The notes beneath the pieces are model-generated. The model had not been told where the DNA came from, ran no database searches, and saw only the letters and a program-made list of their open reading frames with translations. Positions 9,964 through 20,092 of a stretch of 64,000 nucleotides of DNA are shown piece by piece. The position numbers and the translations under genes were made by a program. Location of the stretch: assembly GCA_963663385.2 (NCBI GenBank), contig CAXXXD010000004.1:544001-608000 (forward strand), given 5' to 3'. Position 1 is the stretch's first letter. Every line of letters starts with the position of its first letter. Origin of the DNA: Oceanispirochaeta sp. Lineage in GTDB: Bacteria; Spirochaetota; Spirochaetia; DSM-2461.

Positions 9964-11142
9964 ATGGCAGTTTCAGAGAGAATATACGATATGCTGGCAT
10001 CCTCATCATTCATCAGAAAGATGTTTGAAACCGGATCAAGAATGAAAGCAGAATATGGAGCGGATAATGTTTACGATTATTCCATCGGTAATCCTGATGC
10101 TCTGCCGCCGGAGGAATTCAACCGCGTTCTGCTTGAAGAAGCCGCCAGGGAAGATATGCATGGCTATATGCCCAATGCAGGCTATCCCTCTGTACGGGAG
10201 AAAGTCGCGGCATACCTGAAAGAAGAGCAGGGTGTTGAATTTACGGCGGATAACATTATTATGACCAGCGGTGCCGGAGGGGCCTTGAATGTAGCCCTGA
10301 AGAGTATTCTAAACCCCGGAGACAGGGTTCTGGCAAGCCGTCCCTGTTTTATGGAATACAAATTCTACTGCGACAATCACGGGGGAACCCTGGAACTGGT
10401 GGATTGTGCTGATAACTTTGATTTGAATGTAGAGGGCTTTGAGAAGGCAATAGATAAAGCAACTGCTGCTGTGATCATCAACTCTCCCAATAATCCTTCC
10501 GGAAAAATCTATTCCTCTTCCACTCTGAAAAAAATGGCGGAAATGCTGGAGAGAAAAAGCCGTGAGATCGGCCGGAGAATCTATATTCTCTGCGATGAGC
10601 CTTACCGGAAAGTCGTCTACGGAGATGCCCGGGTCCCTTCGATCCCTGCTATATACAAACACACAATGGTCTGTACCTCCTATTCGAAAGACCTTTCCGT
10701 TCCGGGAGAACGGATTGGTTTCCTGGCTATCTCTCCGGAACTGGAAGATGGCGGGAATATTACAGCCGCCGCTGTTTTATGCAATAGAATCCTGGGATAC
10801 GTAAACGCTTCGGCTCTTATGCAGCGGGTAGTGGGACGTCTTCAGGGGCTTTCCTGTGATATCAGTCAGTATGAAAGGAAACGAAACCGATTGGGGGGGA
10901 TTCTGAAAGAGTGCGGGTTTGATCTGGAGCTGCCGGAAGGTACCTTTTATCTCTTTCCAAAAGCTCCAGGCGGAGATGATATGAAGGTGGTGGATGTTCT
11001 GAAGGATGAGAATATCCTGGCCGTTCCCGGCAGGGGGTTCGGTCTCCCCGGGTATTTCCGGCTCTCCTACTGTGTGGATGATGCCGTTATCGAGCGGTCT
11101 GAAGCGGCTTTCAAAAGAGCGGCAGCCAAACTGTTTTCCTGA
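9964..11142 (+). CDS. Class I PLP aminotransferase (aspartate aminotransferase-like)
   Basis: NSPNNPSG, DEPY, SYSKDLSVPGERIG, FRLSY. Confidence 0.92.
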   Translation: MAVSERIYDMLASSSFIRKMFETGSRMKAEYGADNVYDYSIGNPDALPPEEFNRVLLEEAAREDMHGYMPNAGYPSVREKVAAYLKEEQGVEFTADNIIMTSGAGGALNVALKSILNPGDRVLASRPCFMEYKFYCDNHGGTLELVDCADNFDLNVEGFEKAIDKATAAVIINSPNNPSGKIYSSSTLKKMAEMLERKSREIGRRIYILCDEPYRKVVYGDARVPSIPAIYKHTMVCTSYSKDLSVPGERIGFLAISPELEDGGNITAAAVLCNRILGYVNASALMQRVVGRLQGLSCDISQYERKRNRLGGILKECGFDLELPEGTFYLFPKAPGGDDMKVVDVLKDENILAVPGRGFGLPGYFRLSYCVDDAVIERSEAAFKRAAAKLFS

Positions 11143-11161
11143 TAGAGGATATAAGGCAGAT

Positions 11162-11515
11162 ATGAACGAAACGGAAGATCCGGGTATCAGCCACGATCCC
11201 GGCAGGATCGAAAGAGTAACGGAACGGCTCCTCCCCCGGGAGGATCTGGAGCATATGGTACAGACATTCAAGATTTTCGGAGACCCCTCCAGGCTCAGGA
11301 TCGTTAACGCTCTGATAGAGGAGGAGCTTTGCGTTCATGAAATAGCCGAGCTGATGAAAATGACTCAGCCGGCTGTGTCTCACCAGCTGAGGCAGTTGAA
11401 GCAGGCTCATGTGGTCCAGTCCAGACGGGAGGGAAAGCATATTTTTTACTCCCTCCTGGACGCTCATGTTATTGAAATCTTCAAAATCTGTTACGATCAT
11501 ATTAAAACCGGATAA
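11162..11515 (+). CDS. ArsR/SmtB family metal-sensing repressor
   Basis: FKIFGDPSRLRI, ELCVHEIA, QPAVSHQLRQL; alpha5-type D-x-H-x10-H; directly upstream of a P1B ATPase. Confidence 0.9.
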   Translation: MNETEDPGISHDPGRIERVTERLLPREDLEHMVQTFKIFGDPSRLRIVNALIEEELCVHEIAELMKMTQPAVSHQLRQLKQAHVVQSRREGKHIFYSLLDAHVIEIFKICYDHIKTG

Positions 11516-11540
11516 TCTCTTATTCCATAGGGTCGAAATC

Positions 11541-11600
11541 TTGACAGAAAGGGTGTTTGATTTTAACATATAAGCATGTATTCATATGATTATATGTTAA
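11541..11600 (+). promoter_or_regulatory. Sigma70 promoter overlapped by an ArsR/SmtB-type operator
   Basis: TTGACA (11541) + 17 bp + TAACAT (11564); perfect inverted repeat TTAACATATAA (11563-11573) / TTATATGTTAA (11590-11600), containing a 12-2-12 SmtB-like imperfect palindrome. Confidence 0.75.
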
Positions 11601-11612
11601 GGAGGACGGGCT

Positions 11613-13748
11613 ATGGAACAAACTACTCAAAAAAGCGAACTGGTACTTAAAGGACTGAGCTGTCCCAACTGTGCCGCAGCCATTGAAGATAAAATTAATA
11701 AACTCCCCTGGGTGGAAAACGCCCGTATCAATCTGGCTACTCAGATTCTTACTCTGAATACGGAAAAGGGTGAGGGAAAAGATAATATCCGGGAAGAGCT
11801 TCAGTTTATAATAGATCGAATTGAAGACGGAGTTGTCCTGCAGGACCGGGAAGAACGTTTTCAGGAGCAGGAAGAACCCACTGGTATGCGGTTCTCCTCC
11901 CTGATACGGAAAATTCCGCAGATCGCCGGGGCTTTTCTCTTCTTCATCCTTGTTTTTTTTAAATCTTCCATCCCTATGGCTCCCGGGACGGGAATCCTGT
12001 TGTTTGCTGTATCCTACCTGCTGATCGGTCATACGGTTCTGCTGGCCGCGCTGAGGAATATCCGTCACGGCAGGGTTCTGGATGAGAACTTCCTGATGGT
12101 GATAGCCACAATCGGAGCCTTTGTCATAAAGGAGTACCCGGAAGCAGTAGCGGTGATGCTTTTTTATCAGATCGGGGAATTTTTTCAGGATATGGCCGTG
12201 GATGGTTCCAGAAGATCGATCCGGAAACTGCTGGATGCCAAACCTGGTAAGGTCCGGGTGCGACATAAAAATGCTATACGGGAAACAGCCCCGGAGGAAG
12301 TCGCGCCCGGAGCGGAGATCCTTGTGCGCCCGGGGGAGCGGATTCCTCTGGACGGAGTCATCCTGAAGGGAAAGGCCTCAGTCGATACCAGTGCCCTGAC
12401 AGGCGAGTCCTATCCCCGGCAGGTTCAGGAGGGAACAGAAGTTTTGAGCGGATTCGTCTGTCTGGACAGCCCCCTGGAAATTGAGGTCTCCCGAATTCTG
12501 GAAGAGTCTGCCTACTCCAGGATTATACGGATGGTGGAAGAATCCAGCGGGCGGAAAGCCCGGTCTGAACAGTTTATAACCCGGTTTGCCCGGATCTATA
12601 CGCCGGCAGTAGTCACAGCTGCGGTCCTGCTGGCTTTTCTGCCCCCCCTGATACTGGGGGGGGCCGCTTTTACCCCATGGATCTACAGAGCTCTTGTTTT
12701 TCTGGTTGTATCCTGTCCCTGTGCTCTTGTCATTTCCGTGCCCCTCAGTTTTTTTGCAGGTATAGGGAAGGCTTCCCGTAAGGGTATTCTGGTAAAGGGG
12801 GGAAACTATCTGGAGGAACTGAACCGGATAAACACGGTTGTACTTGATAAAACAGGGACTCTTACAAAAGGCGTTTTCAGGGTAAGCGCCCTTTACCCCG
12901 AAGCTGTAACCAGCAAAGAGGAACTGCTTCATCTGGCTGCTTCAGCGGAAGCGCACTCCATTCACCCCATAGCCCAGTCCATCCGCCGGGCCTGGTTGGA
13001 GCAGTCTTCCGTGATGACCCTGCCAGAAGCTGATTCGGTCAGGGAAGTTGCCGGCAGGGGAATCATGGCGCAAATAGAGGGGGATCTTATTGCACTGGGT
13101 AAAAAATCCTGGCTGGAAGAGAGTTGTGGCCCCCTGCCTGATTCAGGAACAGGTACAGGGGTATATCTGTCGCGGAATGGTGAATTCCTCGGATACCTGG
13201 TTCTTTCTGATGAAATAAGGGATGATGCGTTTGAGACTGTAGCAGATCTCCGCAAAGGGGGAATCGACAGGATTGTTATGCTTACCGGTGACAGCGAGGA
13301 CACGGCCCGTCAGGTTGCCCGATTTCTGAATCTGGATGAATACAGGGCGAACCTTCTGCCGGAAGAGAAGGTCCGGGCACTGGAGGATCTGATAGGGGAG
13401 GGGTGTCGTACGGTTTTTGCGGGGGATGGAATTAATGATGCCCCTGTACTGGCCCGATCCGATGTGGGGATAGCCATGGGCGGTCTCGGTTCGGATGCGG
13501 CTATCGAAGCGGCGGATATTGTACTCATGTCCGATGAACCGCGGAAGATCGTAACAGCCCGCCGGATTGCCCGGAAAACCAGGCGGATTGTAATTCAGAA
13601 TATAGTTCTGGCGCTGGGGATAAAGGGGCTGGTTCTGGCTTTGGCTGCCTTTGGTTCAGCCGGTATGGGGCTGGCCGTTTTTGCTGATGTGGGAGTGGCT
13701 CTTCTGGCAGTTCTCAATGCTATGCGGATTTTGATGTTCCGTGAATAA
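11613..13748 (+). CDS. cadA: Heavy-metal translocating P1B-type ATPase (Zn/Cd/Pb, CadA/ZntA-like)
   Basis: HMA motif GLSCPNC, TGES, SCPC, DKTGTLT, HP, GDGINDAP, ADVG. Confidence 0.92.
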   Translation: MEQTTQKSELVLKGLSCPNCAAAIEDKINKLPWVENARINLATQILTLNTEKGEGKDNIREELQFIIDRIEDGVVLQDREERFQEQEEPTGMRFSSLIRKIPQIAGAFLFFILVFFKSSIPMAPGTGILLFAVSYLLIGHTVLLAALRNIRHGRVLDENFLMVIATIGAFVIKEYPEAVAVMLFYQIGEFFQDMAVDGSRRSIRKLLDAKPGKVRVRHKNAIRETAPEEVAPGAEILVRPGERIPLDGVILKGKASVDTSALTGESYPRQVQEGTEVLSGFVCLDSPLEIEVSRILEESAYSRIIRMVEESSGRKARSEQFITRFARIYTPAVVTAAVLLAFLPPLILGGAAFTPWIYRALVFLVVSCPCALVISVPLSFFAGIGKASRKGILVKGGNYLEELNRINTVVLDKTGTLTKGVFRVSALYPEAVTSKEELLHLAASAEAHSIHPIAQSIRRAWLEQSSVMTLPEADSVREVAGRGIMAQIEGDLIALGKKSWLEESCGPLPDSGTGTGVYLSRNGEFLGYLVLSDEIRDDAFETVADLRKGGIDRIVMLTGDSEDTARQVARFLNLDEYRANLLPEEKVRALEDLIGEGCRTVFAGDGINDAPVLARSDVGIAMGGLGSDAAIEAADIVLMSDEPRKIVTARRIARKTRRIVIQNIVLALGIKGLVLALAAFGSAGMGLAVFADVGVALLAVLNAMRILMFRE

Positions 13749-13759
13749 TGGTTCCGTAA

Positions 13760-15145
13760 CTATTCGGTTAAATTGTGAATCCATTTTCCCGTCAGCATCC
13801 GTCTGATACCCAGAATGTATTTTATGATTTCCTCTGACATGGCAACCGCGTAAACGGCAGGGGGAGGGAGCTGCAGAATCAAGCCGCAGAAAGCCACCAG
13901 AGGGATGCTCACGAGCCAGAGCGGCACCAGCTCGATGGCCGCACAGAACCGGGTATCTCCGCCGCTGCGCAGTACCCCCACGATCAGGTGCAGGTTCGAC
14001 GTCTTTACCAGGATAATTAATGCCATCAGGCGGAGAAATGTTGTTATCAGCTGAGTCACCTCGGCAGATACCTTAAAAAGGAGGGGAATACAGGGGGCGG
14101 CGAGAACGATAAGCAGAGAGAAAAATGCTGTAAACAGAGGGACCGCTGTCATGATTGTTCCGGCTATTCGGAAAGCATCGTTTTCCTTCCCTTTTCCTAT
14201 CAGATTCCCCAGTATGATAGCTGCCGCATTGGCGCTGCCGATAAAAATAACAAAACAGAGACGGGAAATGGTATCAGTTATATTATAGGCAGCCAGAACA
14301 AATGTTCCCATCCTGGCGTATACGAGGGTGAACATGGTAATTCCCATGGACCAGCCCACCTCGTTTAAAATGACAGGGGCTACTTTCCCGGCATAACGTT
14401 TCAGAAAATCCCTGCTCCAGTCAAAGAGTTTTTCAAAGCCCGCGGCAACCGGATATCTCAGTATGTAGGTTATGGATATGAGGACAGCCATCTCGAGTAC
14501 TCTGGCTCCTGTGGTAGCCAGCGCTGCTCCGGTAATTCCCAGTTCGGGCAATCCGAATTTACCAAAAATGAGAGCATAGTTAAAAAACGCATTGAGGCTG
14601 AGGGCGCTGACTGACAGGAAAAGAGGCAGACGGACTATTCCGATGCTCCTCATAACTCCTTCAAAAATTATGGTTCCTGCCGTAAAAAGGTAACTGGCTG
14701 ATGTTATTTTCAGGTAGGGTACGGCAGCCCGGATTACATCCTGATCTGCAGTGAAGATGCCGAGTATCTGTTCCGGGAGAAGCTGAGCTGTCAGAGTGAG
14801 AAGCACTGCTCCGGAAAATCCCAAAGTTAATGCTATACCCAGGGCTCTGTGAATTCCTTCCTTATCGCCTTTGCCCCAGAACTGGGCTGTAAAAACAGCC
14901 GTGCCGCTGCTGATGCCAAAGAGAAGAAGCATCAGAAGGAAGAAAATCTGATTTGACAGGGCTACGGCTGCTATGGCCGTTTCACCCAGCTGACCGATCA
15001 TCAGTGTATCAACCATGTTAAGGGAGGTGGCAACCAGGTTCTGTAAGGCTATCGGGAGGCCCAGTTTGAATAGTTTCCGGAATATGTCCCGGTCGGCCCT
15101 GATTTTTTCAGGCAGCCTGGTCAGGTTCTCAGCAAATGGTGTCAT
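13760..15145 (-). CDS. MATE family efflux transporter
   Basis: LPIALQN..NMVDTLMIGQLG, PELGITGAALAT, GVLRSGGDT; about 12 TM. Confidence 0.92.
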   Translation of the reverse strand: MTPFAENLTRLPEKIRADRDIFRKLFKLGLPIALQNLVATSLNMVDTLMIGQLGETAIAAVALSNQIFFLLMLLLFGISSGTAVFTAQFWGKGDKEGIHRALGIALTLGFSGAVLLTLTAQLLPEQILGIFTADQDVIRAAVPYLKITSASYLFTAGTIIFEGVMRSIGIVRLPLFLSVSALSLNAFFNYALIFGKFGLPELGITGAALATTGARVLEMAVLISITYILRYPVAAGFEKLFDWSRDFLKRYAGKVAPVILNEVGWSMGITMFTLVYARMGTFVLAAYNITDTISRLCFVIFIGSANAAAIILGNLIGKGKENDAFRIAGTIMTAVPLFTAFFSLLIVLAAPCIPLLFKVSAEVTQLITTFLRLMALIILVKTSNLHLIVGVLRSGGDTRFCAAIELVPLWLVSIPLVAFCGLILQLPPPAVYAVAMSEEIIKYILGIRRMLTGKWIHNLTE

Positions 15146-15257
15146 AGTTGGCTATCATACCCCTGCTTTCCGTTATAATCTATGGATTCTTTACAGGATA
15201 TCCGGATAATTTGACACTATAATTAAAGAAAATAAATAGGATAAATCAGGAGTAGTT

Positions 15258-15866
15258 ATGTCGGATCATACTGATTATAGCCCCATTGTGAGAAAGACCC
15301 GGCGATCCAATGGGTTCCTGCGGAGAATAACTGAACGTGCATTGGGATACCCCGGCCGGTTGACTCTGGAATTTCTGGAGCTTAAAGGGGCCGAGCTTAT
15401 TATCGATGCAGGAAGCGGAACCGGTTTTTATACCATGGAACTGGCCCAGTGGCTGACCCACGGGAAAATACTGGCATTGGACAGTTCTCCTGATATGCTG
15501 CGGGAATTGAGCCGGTATGTACTTAAAAAAAAATACAACCGCAGGGTGGAAGCGCTTGAGTGTTATCTTTGTGATATTCCCCTGGCAGATGATTCAGCCG
15601 ACGGTGTTGTATCACTTTTCGCCTGGAACCGGATTGATAATCTACCGGGTGCGTCAGAAGAACTCTTTCGTCTGGTCAAGGCCGGAGGGAAGGTATTTAT
15701 TTGTGATTTTCTTCAGGATGAGACCCATAAAATCAACGGGAACGGCAGGGCATCTTTAACTCCCCAGGATATGAAGTGCATTCTTGAAGAGGCCGGCTTT
15801 ACGGGAATCCGCTCTTTTATCCATAATAGGAATCTGGTAATCGGTACGGGGATAAAACCGGTTTAA
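15258..15866 (+). CDS. Class I SAM-dependent methyltransferase
   Basis: IIDAGSGTG motif I, ALDSS, IPLADDSAD, RLVKAGG. Confidence 0.85.
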   Translation: MSDHTDYSPIVRKTRRSNGFLRRITERALGYPGRLTLEFLELKGAELIIDAGSGTGFYTMELAQWLTHGKILALDSSPDMLRELSRYVLKKKYNRRVEALECYLCDIPLADDSADGVVSLFAWNRIDNLPGASEELFRLVKAGGKVFICDFLQDETHKINGNGRASLTPQDMKCILEEAGFTGIRSFIHNRNLVIGTGIKPV

Positions 15867-18178
15867 TCTGTTTTATTATAATCTCTGGCAAATTTCAGAA
15901 AATCCGCCGGGCTAATGGGTTTGCTGCAAAAGTAGCCCTGGTAGAAAGGACAGCCCATCTCTCTCAGCACATCAACCTGAGGGGCTTCTTCTACACCTTC
16001 GGTAATGACCTTCAGATCGAAATGGGAGGCAATACCCATAATGGTTTCAACCAGAGCATAATCATCCGGGTCCGAGAGCAGGTTCTCTGTAAAAATCCTG
16101 TCAATTTTCAGTTTGTCCAGGGGGAGTTTCTTCAGATAGGAAAGAGAAGAGTATCCGGTTCCGAAATCGTCCAGGGCAAAGTGTACACCGAATTCCCTCA
16201 GCAGTTTCATTTTTTTCACGGTATTATCAAAGTCGGTAATAAGGATACTTTCTGTAATTTCCAGCACGATCCTTTCCGGAGGAATGGCTGAGTCCCTTAT
16301 ACACTCTATTGTCTTTTCAACAAAATCAGGCTGCATCATCTGTTTTATGCTGATATTAATGGACAGATAATCCAGCAGGAATTCCCTGCTTTTTATCCAA
16401 CCGGCATAGATGGATAGGGATTTCTCCATAATCCATGAACCCAGGGGTACAATCTGTCCTGTATTCTCTGCTGTCAGAATAATTTTTTCCGGTGAGATAA
16501 ATCCTTTTTCCGGGTGGAACCAGCGCAGCAGAGCTTCGGCGCCGCTGATTCTGTTTTCATTAATATCGACGATCGGCTGCAGAAAAATCTCCAGTCCGTC
16601 CTCTTCAAGGGCCTTTTTCAAATCCGCTTCCAGGGAAACCTGCTCCCGCATAAGAGTATCCATCTCTTTGTGAAAGAAGCTGGTACGGTTCCGTCCTTCT
16701 TCTTTGGCATTGTACATGGCCGTATCCGCATATTTCAGAACTGTTTCGGGAGATTGTTCCTCTCCGTCGAAAATTATTACACCTATGCTGGCTGATGTAT
16801 GGTAGGACTGGTCTTTCAGGAGAAAGGGGCGGCCCAGTGTCGCATGAATCTTGTCTGCCACAGTTCTGGCAAATATGACAGATGAGTCCATATCCGTAAT
16901 GATTTCCGGAAGAAGAATTACGAATTCATCACCACCCATTCTGGACACAGTGTCTTCATCCCTCAGTTCAGAGAGTAATCTGGAGGCAACCTCCTTAAGC
17001 AGAATATCTCCTGTCTGATGACCCATGGAATCGTTTATCTGTTTGAATTTGTCCAAATCCAGATAGAGGAGAACCCCTTTGTGATTGTGCCGCTGGGCGC
17101 TTTTCAGAGCCTGGGACAGACGGTCTCTCATGAGTTGTCTGTTCGGCAGTCCTGTGAGGGCGTCATGATAAGCCTGGTGGTGAATCTCCTGCTGTATCCT
17201 TGTTTTTTCCGTGATATCTTCGACAATAGCGACTCCCCCAGTTACGGAACCGGCAGAATCCCTTATGGGCGAGGTGCGAAGGGTTATGTAGAGAGACAAT
17301 TCTGAAATGGTATTATACGGACCTTCATAGTATCCGTTTTCTCCCCCGATGGCTTTTTCAATGGCCGGGAGAACCCTTGTATCCGGGATCCCTTTCAGTT
17401 TTAATCCCCGTACTCTGTTCTTTGGTGAGTTGATTATTTTTGAAAAACCCTCATTGCATTCATGCAGTATTAAATCACTGTCATAATAGAATATACCGGT
17501 AGGAGCCTGATGAAAAATAGTTTCGAACCTCTGTTCGCTCAGGTTCAGTTCCTCTTCTGCCTGGGTAAAATTATATGCCAGGATAAGATTATTCCTGACC
17601 TGTCGGGATATTCTGTAAGAAGTGGTGCATATAAAGAAGTTATAGAACAGAATAAGAAGAATCACTTCTATCTGGATTTCCGAAGGATTGAGGAAATTCC
17701 TTAATATCAGGGGTATCAATACAATCTGGGTATAGCTTAATGCCAGGATGTATCTTTTGGAAAAGCTTACAATCGCTGCAGAGATAACACCTGCCAATAT
17801 CAGTGTCAGGAAGGCCTGCTGTATGGGGTATCCAACCGGGAAGAGGAGATAGGATGTGCTTCCCCAGGCCAGTGATGCCGTAAGAAATCCCGTAAGGAAT
17901 AAAGTCTCCCGAACCGATGTGCTGATTTTTTCCCCCCCCCTCCTGTTTATCAGAAAAATGGAACCTCTGAATACAGCCGAAAAAGCAATAGAACCTACTG
18001 CGATATAAAGGGGAAAGGGAGATATCACAGAACCGAAGATCAGAGGCAGGAGAAAGCAGATCATGAGATTAACAACCGAAGCAGCAGGGATACTGCTGTA
18101 AAGGAGTTTTAACTGCTCATTTTTTATATAAATCTCCCGGGATTTCAATGCCGGGGTTTTGGATCGTTTAAAAATCAT
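15863..18178 (-). CDS. Membrane-anchored PAS-GGDEF-EAL protein (diguanylate cyclase/phosphodiesterase)
   Basis: N-terminal TM region, PAS, HDALTGLPNR, RDED I-site five residues before GGDEF, EALLRW, DDFGTGYSS; start uncertain (18178 or 18277). Confidence 0.92.
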   Translation of the reverse strand: MIFKRSKTPALKSREIYIKNEQLKLLYSSIPAASVVNLMICFLLPLIFGSVISPFPLYIAVGSIAFSAVFRGSIFLINRRGGEKISTSVRETLFLTGFLTASLAWGSTSYLLFPVGYPIQQAFLTLILAGVISAAIVSFSKRYILALSYTQIVLIPLILRNFLNPSEIQIEVILLILFYNFFICTTSYRISRQVRNNLILAYNFTQAEEELNLSEQRFETIFHQAPTGIFYYDSDLILHECNEGFSKIINSPKNRVRGLKLKGIPDTRVLPAIEKAIGGENGYYEGPYNTISELSLYITLRTSPIRDSAGSVTGGVAIVEDITEKTRIQQEIHHQAYHDALTGLPNRQLMRDRLSQALKSAQRHNHKGVLLYLDLDKFKQINDSMGHQTGDILLKEVASRLLSELRDEDTVSRMGGDEFVILLPEIITDMDSSVIFARTVADKIHATLGRPFLLKDQSYHTSASIGVIIFDGEEQSPETVLKYADTAMYNAKEEGRNRTSFFHKEMDTLMREQVSLEADLKKALEEDGLEIFLQPIVDINENRISGAEALLRWFHPEKGFISPEKIILTAENTGQIVPLGSWIMEKSLSIYAGWIKSREFLLDYLSINISIKQMMQPDFVEKTIECIRDSAIPPERIVLEITESILITDFDNTVKKMKLLREFGVHFALDDFGTGYSSLSYLKKLPLDKLKIDRIFTENLLSDPDDYALVETIMGIASHFDLKVITEGVEEAPQVDVLREMGCPFYQGYFCSKPISPADFLKFARDYNKTD

Positions 18179-18308
18179 ATCATTCTCAAGTATAGTAAAT
18201 CCCCTGAGTAATCGAAAGAACTTTTTATTCCTGTACTTTTCATCCTGATCACCGGGATATTTTAAAAAATAGTACACTTTGATTTCAAAGGGTTATTATC
18301 CTTATCTG

Positions 18309-19928
18309 TCAGCTGTCCTTTCTGTATAATCTGGCATAGTAATCCTGGAGCATGCGCTTTACAGCAAACTCATCACAGGTTGTTTTAATACTCTCCCTCA
18401 TCATCTTTTCCCACTTCTCTTTGTCATCGTAATAGGTCGGCAGGACTTTATTCAGCATTACTTCGTACAGGGATTTTCTGTCGTGTTCATCCAGGATCTC
18501 ATCCGAATCCGATTCAAATCCGTCGCCTATCTGCCAGCCGTTCACTCCGTCCCTGCAGGCTTCGGGCCACCATCCGTCCAGGATGGAGCAGTTGAGGACT
18601 CCGTTCATGGAAGCCTTCATTCCGCTTGTTCCGCTGGCCTCCTGGGGGCGGCGGGGATTGTTCAGCCAGACATCCGATCCTCTGGTCAGCATCCGTCCGA
18701 TATTCATGTCATAGTTCTCAAGAAACACAACACCGCCGGGGAACTCTTTCATCATACTGACGATGTTTGAAACGATTTCCTTTCCCGTATCATCCTGGGG
18801 ATGGGCCTTCCCGGAGAAGACGATCTGCAGTTTACCGCTTTTCAGGTAAGGTTCGATTTTCTCCTTGTCGGAGAAAATAAGATCGCTCCTCTTGTACGGG
18901 GCGGCTCTCCTGCTGAAACCTATCAGAATCCGGTCTTCCTTCAGCTTAACTCCTGTTCTTTCTTTAATGAAATCAATCAGTTCCCTTTTGATGGCGTTAT
19001 GTACCGGCAGGAGAGGCTGCTTTGTTTTATAAGCCTTTATTATACGGGGATCTACCCATGTGGGTGTGTGGATACAGTTTGTAATTCCTACGATTTCACT
19101 TCGGCCGGAAACATGGGCCCACATTTTATTGGCCGTCCGGGCATGAAGCATGGCCACCGCATTGGATTTCCTTGAAAGGCGGAGGGCTGCTACGGTCATA
19201 TTGAAGGGATCTCCTCCAATGCGGGTCATCTGTTCCCGGGTCATCCCTCTGAAGGCTCCCATATATTCCATGGTTTTCAGATCATGGGATTCATTTCCCT
19301 GAACAATGGGAGTATGGGTTGTAAACACCACCCGTTTTCTTACCTTTCTCCAGGCTTCTTCAAAGCTGAACCCTCTGGATTTTTTCTCTTCTATCAGCTC
19401 CATGGCGGCCAGTACGGCATGGCCTTCGTTGAAATGGTATACGTCCGTCTCAATCCCCAGTGCCCGGAGGGCCCTGACTCCGCCGATACCCAGAACGATT
19501 TCCTGAGCCAGCCGCTCCTCTTTAAACCAGCCGTACAGCTGACCACAGATCCAGCGGTCCTCTCCGTTATTGGCTTCTATGTCCGTATCCAGAAGGTAGA
19601 GAGGGGAATTCCCGTAAGCTTCTGTTTTCCATACTTTTACCTGTACATCATGATCTCTGATGGTAACTGGAACAGTAACGCCTGTATCCTCAAGATCATA
19701 ATCGAAGTTTCTGTAACTGTCATAGGGGTTGCCGTCGGACCCGACAAACTGATCGGTATAACCCTGCTTCCACTTTATCCCCAGGCCTGTTATGGGAAGC
19801 CCTTCGTCTCTGGCTCCTTTAAGATAATCACCTGCCAGGATTCCCAGTCCCCCCGCGTAAATTTTCAGATCGTTATGCAGTCCGTACTCCATACAGAAAT
19901 AGGCGACTTTTAAATTTTTATCACTCAT
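18309..19928 (-). CDS. glgP: Alpha-glucan (glycogen/maltodextrin) phosphorylase, short type
   Basis: AYFCMEYG, YAGGLGILAGD, HFNEGH, FTTHTP, PLP motif EASGTSGMK. Confidence 0.93.
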   Translation of the reverse strand: MSDKNLKVAYFCMEYGLHNDLKIYAGGLGILAGDYLKGARDEGLPITGLGIKWKQGYTDQFVGSDGNPYDSYRNFDYDLEDTGVTVPVTIRDHDVQVKVWKTEAYGNSPLYLLDTDIEANNGEDRWICGQLYGWFKEERLAQEIVLGIGGVRALRALGIETDVYHFNEGHAVLAAMELIEEKKSRGFSFEEAWRKVRKRVVFTTHTPIVQGNESHDLKTMEYMGAFRGMTREQMTRIGGDPFNMTVAALRLSRKSNAVAMLHARTANKMWAHVSGRSEIVGITNCIHTPTWVDPRIIKAYKTKQPLLPVHNAIKRELIDFIKERTGVKLKEDRILIGFSRRAAPYKRSDLIFSDKEKIEPYLKSGKLQIVFSGKAHPQDDTGKEIVSNIVSMMKEFPGGVVFLENYDMNIGRMLTRGSDVWLNNPRRPQEASGTSGMKASMNGVLNCSILDGWWPEACRDGVNGWQIGDGFESDSDEILDEHDRKSLYEVMLNKVLPTYYDDKEKWEKMMRESIKTTCDEFAVKRMLQDYYARLYRKDS

Positions 19929-20092
19929 CCATTCTCTCCTGTTCCGGTGTAATCCCGTGAAACTGTATCTGATATTATTAGGAATGTCTTTATTAATTAC
20001 AGTATAGAATAAAGCCTGCAGGACTATGAAGAATTTTCATAAAAAATATTTCATTTACTATTTCCATTTGTGCTCCTATACTTATCAGACAA

